64,000 nucleotides of DNA, taken from Mustelus asterias (lineage: Eukaryota). Numbering within the stretch: the stretch's first letter is position 1; each line of letters opens with the position of its first letter. Under the pieces are notes generated by a model. The model worked only from the letters and a program-made list of their open reading frames with translations. It did not search any database and was not told where the DNA came from. Below are positions 12,791 through 25,794 of the stretch, piece by piece. The stretch covers positions 496,001 to 560,000 of the forward strand of contig NW_027590219.1 of assembly GCF_964213995.1 (NCBI RefSeq), read 5' to 3'. The position numbers and the translations under genes were made by a program.

Positions 12791-13299
12791 ATAAAGTAAG
12801 ACATGATTCATTAATTTGTATAAAACTGATCATTTATCATATAATTGCAGATCATGTTTAATTCATCAAATTTAGGAGATAAATAATTATAAGGTGACTT
12901 CAGGAAAATGGAAAAGGCTGATTAGTGACTAGCTGGAGAATCTTTATTTATTTTAATCTTGACTTTACTTTTCATAGAATCCCTACAGTGCAGAAGGAGG
13001 CCATTCAGCCCATCGAGTCTGCACTGACTCTCAGACAGTGTCTCGAGAGGAGTTGGATTCTGCTTTTGTTGCTGCTGTTGATCATATTTAGGATTGAATC
13101 ACATTAATTCTGGCTTTTATTTTGCTGATGTTAATTCCTGTAATGTGGCTGGAGTTTAATATTTTAATACATCAAATAAATCAGCTTTGTTTCAAACAGA
13201 CAGCGTTTTGTGTGGTTCATCTCTGAGATGTCATGAACATTTTCCCTTAAATCTGCTCTGGAAATGTATTTAACAGAAGATCAACAATTAAATACGTTG

Positions 13300-14700
13300 C
13301 ATCAAATAATTGGGAAAAATCCACTGGGGGCATTCATTTCTCAATTAATTCTGTTCTGGAACGTTCTGCCTGAAAGGGGATGGAAGCAGATTCAGATACA
13401 TCTTTCCGAAGTGAATTGGATCTCCAGTTGAAGGTAAAGTTAGCAGGGCTCTGGGGAAAGGGGAGGGGAGTGGGGCGGATGGGCAGCTCTTTCAAATGTG
13501 ACCACAACCCCATAAGGCAGCTGTATATTGACAGGAGAAAGGCTGATGTCCAAATACCCGAGAATAATAAGGAAGTTGTGATGAACCAAAATAAAGCATT
13601 GGTTCAGCCTCAACTGGAGCATTGTGGCCAACTCCGGATAGATCGCTATAGGAAGGAGGTGAAGACATTGTAGAGGATGCAGAAAAAATTCATGAGACTG
13701 ATTCCAGGGATGAGAAACTTCAGTTATGAGGGTAGATCGGCAAAGCTGGAGCTGATCTCTATAGAGAAGAGGCGATTCGATAGAAATATTCAAAATCAAG
13801 AGGGATTTGGACAGAGAAGATCGGAAGAAACTATTCTGATTGGCAAAAAGGTCAAGAAGCAGAGGACACAGATTAAAGGTGATCTGTGAAATAAGCAATG
13901 GTGATTTGAGGAAATCCCGTTTCCAGAGTGAGTGGTTAGAACCTGGCGTGCACTGACCCAGTGTGGGGAGGAGGAAGGTTCAAACAAGATTTCAAAACAC
14001 AACTCGATAACTATCTGAAGAGAAAAAAAATGTTCAGGATTACGAGAGAAAGACTGTGCACTGGCCGAGGGAGAGGCCAGGGAGGGACCGAGGGAGAGGC
14101 CGGGGAGTGACCGAGGGAGAGGCCAGGGAGGGACCGAGGGAGAGGCCAGGGAGGGATGGAGGGAGAGGCCAGGGAGGGATGGAGGGAGAGGCCAGGGAGG
14201 GATCGAGGGAGAGGCCAGGGAGGGATCGAGGGAGAGGCCGGGGAGGGAGCGAGGGAAAGGATGGGAGTGACCGAGGGTGAGGCCGGGGAGTGACCGAGGG
14301 AGAGGCCGGGGAGTGACCGAAGGAGAGGCCGGGGAGTGACCGAGGGAGAGGCCAGGGAGGGATGGAGGGAGAGGCCAGGGAGGGATGGAGGGAGAGGCCA
14401 GGGAGGGAGCGAGGGAAAGGACGGGAGTGACCGAGGGTGAGGCCGGGAGTGACCGAGGGAGAGGCCGGGCAGTGACCGAGGGAGAGGCCGGGCAGTGACC
14501 GAGGGAGAGGCCGGGAAGTGACCGAGGGAGAGGCCGGGGAGTGACCGAGGGAGAGGCCGGGGAGTAACGAGGGAGAGGCCGGGGAGTAACGAGGGAGAGG
14601 TTGGGGAGTGGGACTGGCTGTGTCACTCTCTCAGAAAGCTGGTGTGGGTGTGAACACGATGGGCTGAATGACCTCTTTATTTGCTGTCATCGTTCTCTAA
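13300..14700 (+). mobile_element. Degraded CR1 fragments hosting a G-rich minisatellite
   Basis: LVQPQLEHC..MQKKFMRLIPGMRNFSYE; CR1-like tail after 14610. Confidence 0.65.
14063..14610 (+). repeat. G-rich ~23-bp minisatellite (gagggagaggccggggagtgacc / gagggagaggccagggagggatg variants)
   Basis: About 24 tandem units of two variant types, seen directly. Confidence 0.92.
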
Positions 14701-14954
14701 TTGTAGTGAAGGCTCTGAGGAAAAGGGACTAACCGGCAGCTCCTTCAGAGATGATCCTGACCCTGCAATGCAGCTGTACATTGACAGGACACAGTCACAG
14801 TGGTCATGCTGAGTATATCCCTCATCAAGGAGACCACTATGGAATTCTGCAGCCTATTTAAATAAAATGCTGATTTTCTATTCTTCCCAACAATGCGGAT
14901 AACCTTTTTCCACAAATTATACTTTATCATTCCCACGTTCCCATTTACTTACCC

Positions 14955-15150
14955 TATAGTGTGATGTATTTTCAGGCTGTGTAACTGGTTAAAGCGCTTT
15001 CCACACTCAGTTCACTGGAACACTCTCACTCGGGTGTGTGTGTATCTTGGTGCTTTTCCAGTCACAATTATATCTGAAATCTTTCCCCATGGACAGAATA
15101 GACGTAACATTGCTCCTTCCACATTCAAAGGCCAGTGATGTTCAGGGCTG
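14955..15150 (-). pseudogene. Orphan ZNF 5' leader fragment (dead fingers only)
   Basis: Matches 6280-6450 and 28900-29070. No downstream finger array. Confidence 0.65.
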
Positions 15151-15464
15151 TTACGGGGTTTCTTTCAGAGACAAAGTATTGCCAAATCTTTAGCTAATAC
15201 AAAGACTTGTGACACAGCATCCCAGTGAAAGGCATTTTTATTGACCAATGTGAGATAAAACACCTGGAAAATGTGTACAAGGAAGGCCCGAGATAGTATC
15301 AGAATGTGGACCGGCCTCTCGATGGGACAGGCAGTGAGAGCAGCTGAGAAATCAGTGGAGAAAGATTGTTCAGAGTACAGCTAACCTCAGAACAAGGACG
15401 GATAAAAGACAAGACACCTGTAGTGGTAGGAAAAAGACTATTTATTTCCAGGATAAAGTTAATG

Positions 15465-15705
15465 TACTCGATAGAAACTAGGAGCAGGCCATTCGAGTCT
15501 GCTCCACCATTCAATATGATCATGGCTGATCCTCAATCTCAATGCCATATTCTCCCCATACCACCTGAAGCCATTAAAATCTTTTAAAAAATCTATCTCT
15601 TCCTTGAACATATTCAATGACTTGGATTCCACAGCCTTCTGTGGTGGAGAATTCCACAAGTTCACTACCCTTTGAGTTCAGATTTTTTTCCTCATCTCAG
15701 TCTCA
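15465..15705 (-). mobile_element. CR1 3' end fragment
   Basis: VNLWNSPPQKAVE..LNMFKEEID on the minus strand, plus tail. Confidence 0.8.
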
Positions 15706-15908
15706 TCTGACATCTGCTTTTGTGGATCATTTCAGTGGAAATGTGCCCTCGCTCAAAGAGAATCAGCCACTGGAATGAAAACTGAGACCGGCCAGTCCAG
15801 CAGCAAGAAACCCTCCGACCCTCCCACTTCACCAACTGTCAGAATGAACATGGTTCAGTCCCGGATGTGATTAACAGCAGCAATAACAGCAGAATACAAC
15901 CACTGTAA

Positions 15909-16841
15909 TCACTTGTGAACTCGCTGGTGTCTCAGCAGGTGGGATGACTGAGTGAATCCCTTCCCACAGTCAGAGCAGGTAAATGGTCTCTCCCCAGTGT
16001 GAACTCTCTGGTGTGTCAGCAGGTTGGATGACCGATTGAATCTCTTCCCACACACGGAGCAGGTAAATGGCTTCTCCCCGGTGTGAACCCGCTGGTGTGT
16101 CAGCAGGGTAAGTAAATCACTGAATCGCTTCTCACACTCTGAGCAGGTGAAAGGCCTCTCCCTGTCCCCGCTGTGAATTTGCTGGTGTCTTAGCAGATTG
16201 GCTAACTGACTGAATTCTCTCCCACAATTGGAGCAGGTGAACGGCCTCTCCCCAGTGTGAACTCGTTGGTGTGTCAGCAGGGTGGAGGAATCTCCAAATC
16301 CTTTCCCACACACGGAGCAGATGAACGGCCTCTCCCCAGTGTGAACTCGCTGATGTGCCAGCAGGTCAGATGAATCTCTGAATCCTTTCCCACACTCTGA
16401 GCAGGTGAATGGTCTCTCCCCAGTGTGAACGCGATGGTGTCTCTGCAGACTGGATAACCGAGTGAATCCCTTCCCACACTCAGAACAAGTGAACAGCCTC
16501 TCCTTGGTGTGAACTTGCTGGTGTACCAGCAGGGTGGATGAATCTCTGCATCTTTTTCCACACACTGAGCAGGTGAATGGTCTCTCCCCAGAGTGAACTC
16601 GACGGTGTCTCACTAGATTGGATGAAATACTAAATTTCTTCCCACAATCAGAGCAGGTGAATGGCCTCTCCCCAGTGTGAACTCGCTGGTGTGTGAGCAG
16701 GTCGGATGAATTAGTAAATCTCTTTCCACACTGATAGCAGGTGAATGGCCTCTCCCCAGTGTGACTGCGTCGATGTGTTTCCAGCTCAGATGGGGATCTG
16801 AATCCCTTTCCACAATCCCCACATTTCCATGGTTTTCCCAT
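15909..16841 (-). CDS. C2H2 zinc-finger protein, 11 fingers
   Basis: Intact 310-aa ORF MGKPWKC...HQRVHK*. One extended linker (HSGDRERP). Confidence 0.9.
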   Translation of the reverse strand: MGKPWKCGDCGKGFRSPSELETHRRSHTGERPFTCYQCGKRFTNSSDLLTHQRVHTGERPFTCSDCGKKFSISSNLVRHRRVHSGERPFTCSVCGKRCRDSSTLLVHQQVHTKERLFTCSECGKGFTRLSSLQRHHRVHTGERPFTCSECGKGFRDSSDLLAHQRVHTGERPFICSVCGKGFGDSSTLLTHQRVHTGERPFTCSNCGREFSQLANLLRHQQIHSGDRERPFTCSECEKRFSDLLTLLTHQRVHTGEKPFTCSVCGKRFNRSSNLLTHQRVHTGERPFTCSDCGKGFTQSSHLLRHQRVHK

Positions 16842-17294
16842 GGTGTGGGTGACTGCGTCTTGGTGCTTTTCCTGTCACTCTGATGGTAAAATGGGCGATG
16901 ATTTTCCCCGTCCTAACGAGTGATTCCATTAGAGCTTGACGTGAAGTTTCGTTTGAGATTTCTTCTGGCAAATCCTCCCCTTTTAATATCCTGTAAAAGG
17001 AGTTTACAAATGTCATCACAGTCAGTACAGCTCAGAAACTGAGAACAGACAATTCTAGTTGCTGTGGAACACTCTTTCCTCACTGGCTTAGAGTGAATAA
17101 TGAATTTAAAACATCATTGCGAGCCATCAAATCAATCAAAATGCTCACAAAGGAGTGGAATTTATCTCCAGATGTGCGGAAATCAGAAATAGTGAAATTA
17201 TCTTCAATTCGGACAGAATTTTAAGAATCCGTGGAACCCCTACAGTGCAGAAAGAGACTATTCAGCCCATCAAATCTGCATCGATGATTCAGAT

Positions 17295-17465
17295 TAATGA
17301 ACATGGTTCAGTCCTGAATGTGATTTAACAGCAGCAAAACAGCAAAATCCAACCCCTGCAATCACTTGTGAACTCGCTGGTGTCTCAGCAGGTGGATGAC
17401 TGACTGAATCCCTTCCCACACACAATGCAGGTGAACAGCCTCTCCCCAGTGTGAACTCGCTGGTG
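17295..17465 (-). pseudogene. Orphan ZNF 3' end (last finger plus 3' UTR)
   Basis: Similar to 15845-16000, with a frameshifted finger. Confidence 0.65.
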
Positions 17466-17869
17466 AATCACACCAGCCCCAGAGCCATGAAACCTCTCAC
17501 AGACAACAGAGCAAAGCACTAAAAACTCTAAACTGTAGATGAATGCGCAATAATACTCACCTCCGGAACAATTTCACTGTTTTCAAATTTAAAACCTCCT
17601 GCTGGAGCCTGCAGCTGGAAAGATGCCAGAAGCACTGGAGTCGGACAACAATTGCAGTCTTCAAATCTTCTAATTCCCTGTGAAAGGAGATTACAAGAGT
17701 CATGTGTCAACAGTGGTTAGAGATTAAGAGATAAACATTTTTCTTGGTTTGAGATTGCTGTGTATAAATCCTCCCCTTCTAACTGTAAAAGGAGTTTCCA
17801 AAATCCATTAGTTAGTCCAGAATATAAATTCATAACACCTCTCCTTCTGTTTCCTAGCATAGGATTATT

Positions 17870-18460
17870 TAAGATTGAAATGGTGACATAGGTTGCAGTT
17901 CAGACAAGGTCCACTACGATAATTCCTGGCATAAAGAAGTTTGTTTATTAAGGAAAGGTTAACAGGGTGCGTCGATACTCATTGGATTTTAGATAAATGA
18001 GAGGAGATCTAACTGAAGCACATATGATTCTGAGGGTACTTGACAGGGTAAGTGCTGTTTCCCCATATCAGGGAATCAAAAATTGCAGGGACAGTTTAAA
18101 AAAAGGGACAGAGATGAGGAGCAATTGCATCTCTCAGAGGGCCAGTAGCCCGTGGAGTTCTCTCCCCCAGTGGGCAGTGGAGATTGGTCATTGGGTATAT
18201 TCAAGGCTGTGTTCGCACCGGGAGTTTCACCTCCAAGGGAGTTAAGGGTGAGAGAGGCTGGAGGAAAACTGAGTTATGACAATGAACAGATGGGCTCTGA
18301 CGAAGGGTCATCCAGATTTGAAACTTCAGCTCTATTCTCTCTCCACAGATGCTGTCACACCTGAGATTTTCCAGCATTTTCTTGATCAGATGAGCCATGA
18401 GTTTATTGAATCGCAGAGCAACCTTGATGGGTCGAATGGCCTCCTCATGCTCCTAATTCT
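17870..18460 (+). mobile_element. Degraded CR1 3' fragment with a nested family-B Penelope hammerhead piece (18292-18382)
   Basis: MRGDLTEAHMILRVLDRV; gggct-CTGACGA-agggtcatccagattt-GAAAC..agctct. Confidence 0.65.
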
Positions 18461-18479
18461 GATTATATTTTCTTCTGTT

Positions 18480-19005
18480 ATTCGGATGGCCGCACATTCG
18501 CCCTGCAGCACCTTCCCTCTCTAAAGAGAGCGCCAATTAACCCGCCCTGTCAGTCAATGAATCAAACCTTTCCTCTCCTGGTCACCGGGACCCTGCAGCA
18601 CCGCCGACTGGCCGCGCATGCGCTCTGCTCCCCGCTGAACAAAGATGGCGGCCGCTGCCCTGGGCCTGATGCCGGATAAAATCCCCGCAGCTGCAAACCC
18701 GGGACCCGCAGGCTCTGATTCGGGCCTTGCGGCCTACAGCGGGTGTTTGTGAAGCCTCCGCTCCCTCCCCACCCTGACTCCTGGCTCCATTCCTCCCTCC
18801 CCACCCTGACTCCCAGCTCCATTCCTCCCTCCGCTCCACACACTCACCCGTTGAAAAAAGCAACCCCCGCACTCGCAGGGCTCCGAGCAAAGTGACATTG
18901 CGCATGCTCCACATACAACACCGCGCATGCGCTGTGGGCTCCTGTGGAGTGAATAGGGTACTTTCACATCCGCAAGGAATGGTGGTTAACAGCAGCGCCA
19001 TTGTA
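18480..19005. promoter_or_regulatory. CpG-rich putative promoter 2
   Basis: GCGCATGCGC (NRF1) at 18614 and 18923; AAGATGGCGGC (YY1) at 18642; lies between divergent ZNF loci. Confidence 0.65.
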
Positions 19006-19186
19006 ACCTCAAACAGTGAATATAAAATAACATTGTTAGGTATTGAGATAAATTAATTTTAAAAAAACGCAAATTATTGCGAATTGATGATCTGCTATGT
19101 TAAATTACTCAAATTCTCCTGTGGGAAGCTTTTACACTGTCTCTTTCCCTTTCCCTGATGGTGCTGACTCTGTCTGGATTCAATCG

Positions 19187-19333
19187 CAGTAAGAAGTCTC
19201 ACAACACCAGGTTAAAGTCCAACAGGTTTATTTGGTAGCAAATTGCTACCAAATAAACCTGTTGGACTTTAACCTGGTGTTGTGAGACTTCTTACTGTGC
19301 TTACCCCAGTCCAACGCCGGCATCGCCACATCA
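19187..19333. mobile_element. Penelope-type family A fold-back element (~55-bp arms) with 14-bp TSD
   Basis: cagtaagaag...tggtagcaa followed by its reverse complement. TSD tggattca(a/g)tcgca at 19175-19188 and 19334-19347. Confidence 0.8.
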
Positions 19334-19507
19334 TGGATTCAGTCGCACAGTCACTGGTTCCTCTCGTTCTGTCTCATCCTGATTCTGAATATTCATTGTT
19401 TTACAGAATGATACAGATGGATGGAAACCATTCAGCTCAGTATGCCTGTGCTGGCCTTTGGAAGATCTATCCAATAAATTCCACAGCCCTGTTGGCAAAG
19501 TCAGAAC

Positions 19508-20045
19508 AATAAGACCCCGTTTGGAATACTGTGTGCAATTCTGGTCACCCTATTATAGAAAGGATATGATTAAACTAGAAAGATTGCAGAAAAGATTTAC
19601 TCGGATGCTACCGGGACTTGATGGATTGAGTTATAAGGAGAGGCTGGATAGATGGGACTTTTTTCTCTGGAGCATAGGAGGCCGAGGGGTGATCTTATCG
19701 AGGTCTATAAAATAATGAGGGACACAGATCAGCTAGATAGTCAATATCTTTTCCCAAAAGTAGGGGAGTCTAAAACTAGAGGGCATAGGTTTAAGGTGAG
19801 AGGGGAGAGATACAAAAGTGTCCAGAGGGGCAATCTTTTCACACAGAGGGTGGTGAGTGTCTGGAACAATCTGCCAGAGGTAGTCATAGAGGCGGGTACA
19901 ATTTTGTCTTTAAAAAGCTTAGAGAAGTTACATGGGTACGATGGGTGTAGAGGGATATGGGCCAAATGCGGGCAATTGGGATTAGCTTAGGGGTTTTTAA
20001 AAAAAGGGCAAGTTGGGCCGAACCTGCTGTAAACCTCTATGACTA
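19508..20045 (+). mobile_element. CR1 3' fragment (same subfamily as 53665-54238)
   Basis: RPRLEYCVQFWSPYYRKD..RGHRFKVRGERY; ctatgact tail. Confidence 0.9.
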
Positions 20046-20059
20046 ATATATATATGCTC

Positions 20060-21360
20060 TCGTGAACTGAGAGCTTAATGGACAAGGTATTCCAGGTTGA
20101 TGCATCTCAGACACATTCACCTGTGTGCAAAGATTGATTGTCCCGTTTATTAAGCATATATTAAATGCTCACTTGAGTGAAACGCACAGAGTACCTGTTA
20201 GACTTTAATTGGATGATTCTACAGATTGGATAAGCCCTGGTAACATTGTGAATAAAGGGAGTGCTCCTGGTGTTAAAGAGTAGACGAATTGTGAGATTAC
20301 AAAGTAAAGACATTAATATCCTGAAACTTCACAATTATCACAAGGCTGGGATATTGTAGCATGAAAGAATTCCACATACCTAACAGAAGAAAGAGACAAA
20401 GTCCAATCCTGTTAAAGCCATATCCTTGTTTGACTGTATTAGAGTTCGTAGATTGATCTGGGTTTTATGAATCAGGTCCATATCAGTCTGGCGCTGTGTC
20501 TTTGATTTCCAGTGACAGTATGTGGCATCCTTATTAAATTGGCACCACAATATTTAGCCCAGAAATCTGAGGACATCATCAATACAGCCCATTACTGATA
20601 GAATCACCAACTATTCTGAAAGTTTCATTAGTTGTACCTCCTTCACTGGAAACAGCTTCTCTGGCAAAAAAAAAATCGCCCACCATTTCAAACTCTGAAT
20701 GATTGGGGATGTTGCTGGTAAGTGTCCGGGACAAATTGCTATTTGTAAGGTGAAGGTAGATCAGCAGCAGGAGTTAGTGAAGAGGGTGATGGTAAGAACC
20801 AGGCAGACTGACTCACCAAGAAAGCTGCTTTAGAGGAGATTCCATGGGCTTCACCCAAAACATAATCATTGGCACTGGTATGACAGACTCCAGTTAAACC
20901 TGATTTTAAAACTCGTCACGATCCTGACTCTGACATGACTGTGGTCAGATAGGCCGTACACCATAGGAACAACTTTCTCTTATGGCTCACAGCGAGTAAG
21001 GACTGGACAATCCAACAAGGTGGATTGAATTTAACTTGCTGCATTGTGATGTCTTACAAAACAACTAGTTTAGGGATTAAATTAGGAAGTGTTTCTCTTT
21101 TGATTCATCCTTATGTTCATAATTACTACCGGTGGCTGAGGAAACAGGAGGATGTTCCTTACCACTTGAATCTGTGTCCAAATTAATCTGGCTCTGTGAA
21201 ATAAAATGTCCAAATGGACACATCCCATCTGAATGATATTCCCTGGGAAACTTTGCAGGTTGATTATACAGGCCCATTATCCACAGTAAAAGGAGGGAGC
21301 GGGTATATCCTAGTAGGTTGCTTGGTGGATTGAAGCTTTTGCAGTCTGAAAAAAAAGAGA
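20060..21360 (+). mobile_element. Degraded LTR-retroelement/ERV pol relic (integrase core start recognisable)
   Basis: 21241-21345 translates PWETLQVDYTGPLSTVKGGSGYILV then (frameshift) WIEAFAV. The upstream extent is a guess. Confidence 0.6.
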
Positions 21361-21847
21361 CCCAGCTTGTCAATCCTTTCCTAGTATCTAGTACCTACAC
21401 ATTTCTGATATAATTATTGTAAATTTTCTCTTCCCTTTCTAATGCCTCAACTTTTTTTTAATATGGCAACTAGAAGTGCACACAGTGTTTGGTAAGACGT
21501 GATCCAGGGGAATCTGATTACCCAAAAGAGGGACTTGAGCTCATGTGTGAGTTTTAGATTGGTTTATTATGAAACAACAGTTAATAATAATGCATAATGG
21601 AACGAAAACAAAATTGATCTATGACAGTGAGAGCGGTTTCCCAGTTCCCGAGGACAAACCAATGACACAGATTAAATGTTGGTCTCCATTGCTAATAGCT
21701 TCAGTCTCCTCTGAACTGTTCACTGGTGTGAACCAGAGAATGGATGTTGGGCTGAAGCCAGTGTGGATCACTTTGAAATCTGTTCCTTGTCCAAAGTGAT
21801 GGTTATTTTCCTTGAGAGCCTGTTTTAACCTTAACACAAATCGGTTA

Positions 21848-22313
21848 ACAAAGAACAATACAGCACAGGAACAGGCCCTTCGGCCCTCCAAGCCCGTGCT
21901 GCTCCCTGGTCCAAACTAGACCATTCTTTTGTATCCCTCCATTCCCACTCCGTTCATGTGGCTATCTAGATCAGTCTTAAATGTTCCCAGTGTGTCCGCT
22001 CCACCACCTTGCCTGGCAGCGCATTCCAGGCCCCCACCACCCTCTGTGTAAAATACGTCCTTCTGATATCCGTGTTAAACTTCCCCCCCCTCAACTTGAA
22101 CCTATGACCCCTCGTGAATGTCACCATGGACCTGGGAAAAAGCTTCCCACCGTTCACCCTATCTATGCCTTTCATAATTTTATACACCTCTATTAGGTCA
22201 CCCCTCATCCTCCATCTTTCCGGTGAGAACAACCCCAGTTTACCCAATCTCTCCTCATAACTAAGCCCTTCCATACCAGGCAACATCCTGGTAAACCTCC
22301 TCTGCACTCTCTT
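21848..22313 (-). mobile_element. Young CR1 3' fragment (near-identical subfamily to 56090-56985)
   Basis: RVQRRFTRMLPGMEGLSYEERLGKLGLFS..RTYFTQRVVGAWNALP. Confidence 0.9.
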
Positions 22314-23419
22314 TACTTGTAGAAACAGAGAAAATAGGAGCAGGAGGAGGCTATTTGGCCCTACAAGCCTGCTCCACCATTCATTAGGATCATGCCTGGC
22401 CATCCAAGTCATGAGATCAAATCGTATCAGAGTTAGAAATATCTTGTTTCATTGTCTGTGAGGGAGACATATCGTGGACAGTGATAACAGGCCTGTCCTG
22501 TGTTTGTCACCCAGCAACTGCTATGGAAGTGAGAGGGGGAATGAACCATTCCGGTAATATTTAAGAAATGCCTTCATATTTTATCAGTTGTCAATCTCCC
22601 ACCTTGAGAAGGGAAAATTCTTATTGATTCTCACAAACTGATTTCTGATTAATGCAGCTATTCCGAAGCTACAATTGTTTTTCCCTAATTTCTTGATTAC
22701 TTAATATTGATGACATATTAAAGCAACGAGAATGATCAGAATCAGCAACATAAACACATTTTCACTAAAATGTGATACCGGTTGACGTTGATTTATCCGG
22801 AACTGTAGATCATCACTTGCAAATCTATATTACTGATTTGTGGTAAGTACCTCTGGTTGAAACAAAAGTTCAACTTTAAAGATTCTCAACTCCCTTTTCA
22901 CCCAAATCCATCTTGTGGATATTTTCTATATGCCTCTTCAGTTTAATTTTACTCTTCTGATCGATTTCAGTGTCTTTAATTCTGTCCTGTTTATTTTAAC
23001 GTCAGTTTGTCTGTGGAGTCTGTGTCAATACCTTGATGATTTAAAATGTTGTCCCATTCTACTGACCACATTAATCAGTCAATGTTGTTCTGTTAGATGA
23101 GCTGAGCATATCAGGGACCCGTTCTTCAATGCAGCTTCACCAGGCATTTCCACAGGTTAATTAAACCACATATAACATATCACATCTACACACTAACACT
23201 GCTATCCCAGTATAATGTCCCATGTGCCACCTGATAAAAGCCAGCTTCTGGGGTTTCAGGAAATCTTACCAACAGATCATGAAGTGCGTGTGTGTGCGGG
23301 TGCATGTGTGTGTTTGGGGGTGGGGGGGTGGTGTCTCTGTCTGAAGATCTTATCATCCCTGCGTGGTTCCAATACTTCAGGCAGTGGCCAGATTTTCAAA
23401 TTCAGTTTTTTTGTTCAGA

Positions 23420-23645
23420 GGTATCTAATCCACGCATCCCAGGACACTAAGGGGCAATTTTAGCATGGCCAATCAACCTAACCCGCACATCTTTGGACTG
23501 TGGGAGAAAACTGGAGCACCCGGAGGAAACCCATGCAGACATGAGGAAAATGTGCAAACTCCACACAGATAGTGACCCGAGCCGGGAATCGAACCCAGGT
23601 CCCTGGAGCTGTGAAGCAGCAGTGCTAACCACTGTGCTACTGTGT
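23420..23645 (-). mobile_element. HE1-like SINE inserted at the ZNF leader/acceptor
   Basis: SINE core reverse complement, directly followed by the LEGEEFQ leader motif. Confidence 0.8.
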
Positions 23646-23991
23646 CGTTAGAGGGAGAGGAGTTCCAGATGGGAAAGTCAGAACAAACGTCATGTCAAAA
23701 TCTGACAGAATCACTCGATTCATCAGGGACTGAATATCATCGACCTCTGAATGTGGAAGGAGAAATGTTAGTTCTGTCTGCGGGAAAAGATTTCAAACAT
23801 CAGTGTGACTGGAAAAGCATCAAGACACACACACTCACCTGAGTGAGTGTTCCAGTGACCTGACTGTGGAAAGACCAGTTACACAGCCTGAAAAAACATC
23901 ATACCTTTCACAATGCGGAGAAATGTACAGGTATTCTGTGTGAGGCTCCAACTGAACATCCAACCTGGAGAGACAAATGAATAACTGAATT

Positions 23992-25103
23992 ATGGAGAAA
24001 GCATGGACATATGGTGATTGTGGGATGGGATTAATGTTCCCATTTGAACTGGGAAATGATCAATACAGTCACACTGCGGAGGGACCGTTCACCTTCTCCA
24101 TGTGTGGAGATGGATTTACTCAGTTATCCAGTCTGTCGACACACCAGCCAGTTCATTCTGGGGAGAGGCCGTTCAGATGCTCCATGTGTGGGAAGGAATT
24201 TGCTGACTCGTGACCTGCTGGCGCATGAGCAAGTTCACACTGAGGAGACCGCATTCATCAGGCCTGTGTGTGGCAACGAATTCACTCAGTCATGCCAGCT
24301 CACTGAACATCAACATGTACACAGTGATCAGAGACTTTTTTAATGTTCTGACTGCGATAAGAGCTTTAAGAGCAAAAGGTATCTGCAAATACACGAACGA
24401 CTTCACACTGGGGAGAGACTGTTCATCTGCTCTGAGTGTGGGAAGAGATTTGTTCAGTCATCTGACTTGCTCACACACCAGCGAAGTCACACTGGGGCGA
24501 GGCCATTCATCTGCTCTGTGTGTGGAAAGTGATTCACTCAACCACACCACCTTCGGACACACCAGCAGGTTCACACTGGGGAGAGGCCATTCATCTGCTC
24601 TGAGTGTGGGAAGGGATTCACTCAGTCATACCAGCTTCTGTTGCACCAGCGAGTTCACACTGGGGAGAGACCATTCACCTGCTCCGTTTGTGGGAAAAGA
24701 TTCTCTCAGTCATCCCAACTCCTCAAACACCAGCGAGTTTACACTGGGGAGGGGCCATTCACCTGCTCCGTATGTGGGAAAAGATTCTCTCAGTCATCCC
24801 AACTCCTGAAACACCAGAAAGTTCACACTGGAGAGAGGCCGTTCACCTGCTCTGACTGTGGGAAGGGATTCACTCAGTCATCCCATCTGCTGAGACACCA
24901 GCGAGTTCACACTGGGGAGAGGCCGTTCACCTGCTCAATGTGTGGGAAGGGAATGGAGGGATACAAACGATTGGTCTAGTTGGACCAAGGAGCGGCACAG
25001 GCTTGGAGGGTCGAAGGGCCTGTTTCCTGTGCTGTACTGTTCTTTGTTCTTTGATTCACTCTGTCATCACAGCTTGTGACACACCAGCGAGTTCACAAAT
25101 GAC
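23992..25103 (+). pseudogene. C2H2 zinc-finger pseudogene (frameshifts, stops, CR1 insertion)
   Basis: MEKAW start; degenerate first fingers; frame breaks near 24210, 24340 and 24497; TGA at ~24530; CR1 tail at 24950-25052 in the last finger. Confidence 0.8.
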
Positions 25104-25794
25104 TGCAAGAATTAGATTCTGCTTTTAATCATATTGAAGACTGAATGTGTGGGTTAATCCTGATGTGTGTAAGAAAGCCACTCTCTTCCATGGTTTAGAG
25201 CTCTTAGATATGGAACAGAAGCTCCTTTACAACTATATTTAGAGTCAGAAAGAATGCTGGAAACATGATGTCAAATCAGAGATTGGTGTAAAACTGGGAT
25301 CTGTTCCTGACAAAGTAAAACGGCAGGTTTAACTTTACAGTCTGAAAATAGTACGAAGATTGAAAATGTTTGTGTGAAAATCCTGAATCTACCAATGTAA
25401 GGTAATGATAACATCAAGTTACATTTCTATCTGGAACCTTTGGCCATCTCTCACCTGCCATTGACTTCAGTGATAGAAACTGACTTGAAATCTGTCAACA
25501 TTAGAAAACTATTTATAAATAATTTGAGGGTTTTTTACAGTTGGGATCTTTCTCTGTTCTCTCCACTCAAGGTTTTAGATAACAGACTTTCTCCTGTGAG
25601 TATCCAGCTGGAGTATTGGGCCCTGATGTGTTTCTTTGTTCATCTTATTGACTCTAAATATTGAACCTTGTGGTTTCAGCCGCTGATAATCAAGCTCCCA
25701 ACAACAGATTGTCTTTTACTGACTTTATTAACAGCACTGCAATAATACAGACAGAGTAATTCCTCACATGGTTCCAGTACTCAGTGAAGTACTT

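Noticed and set aside
13796-14626. 276-aa Pro/Ser-rich ORF
   Set aside because: Translation of the G-rich minisatellite.
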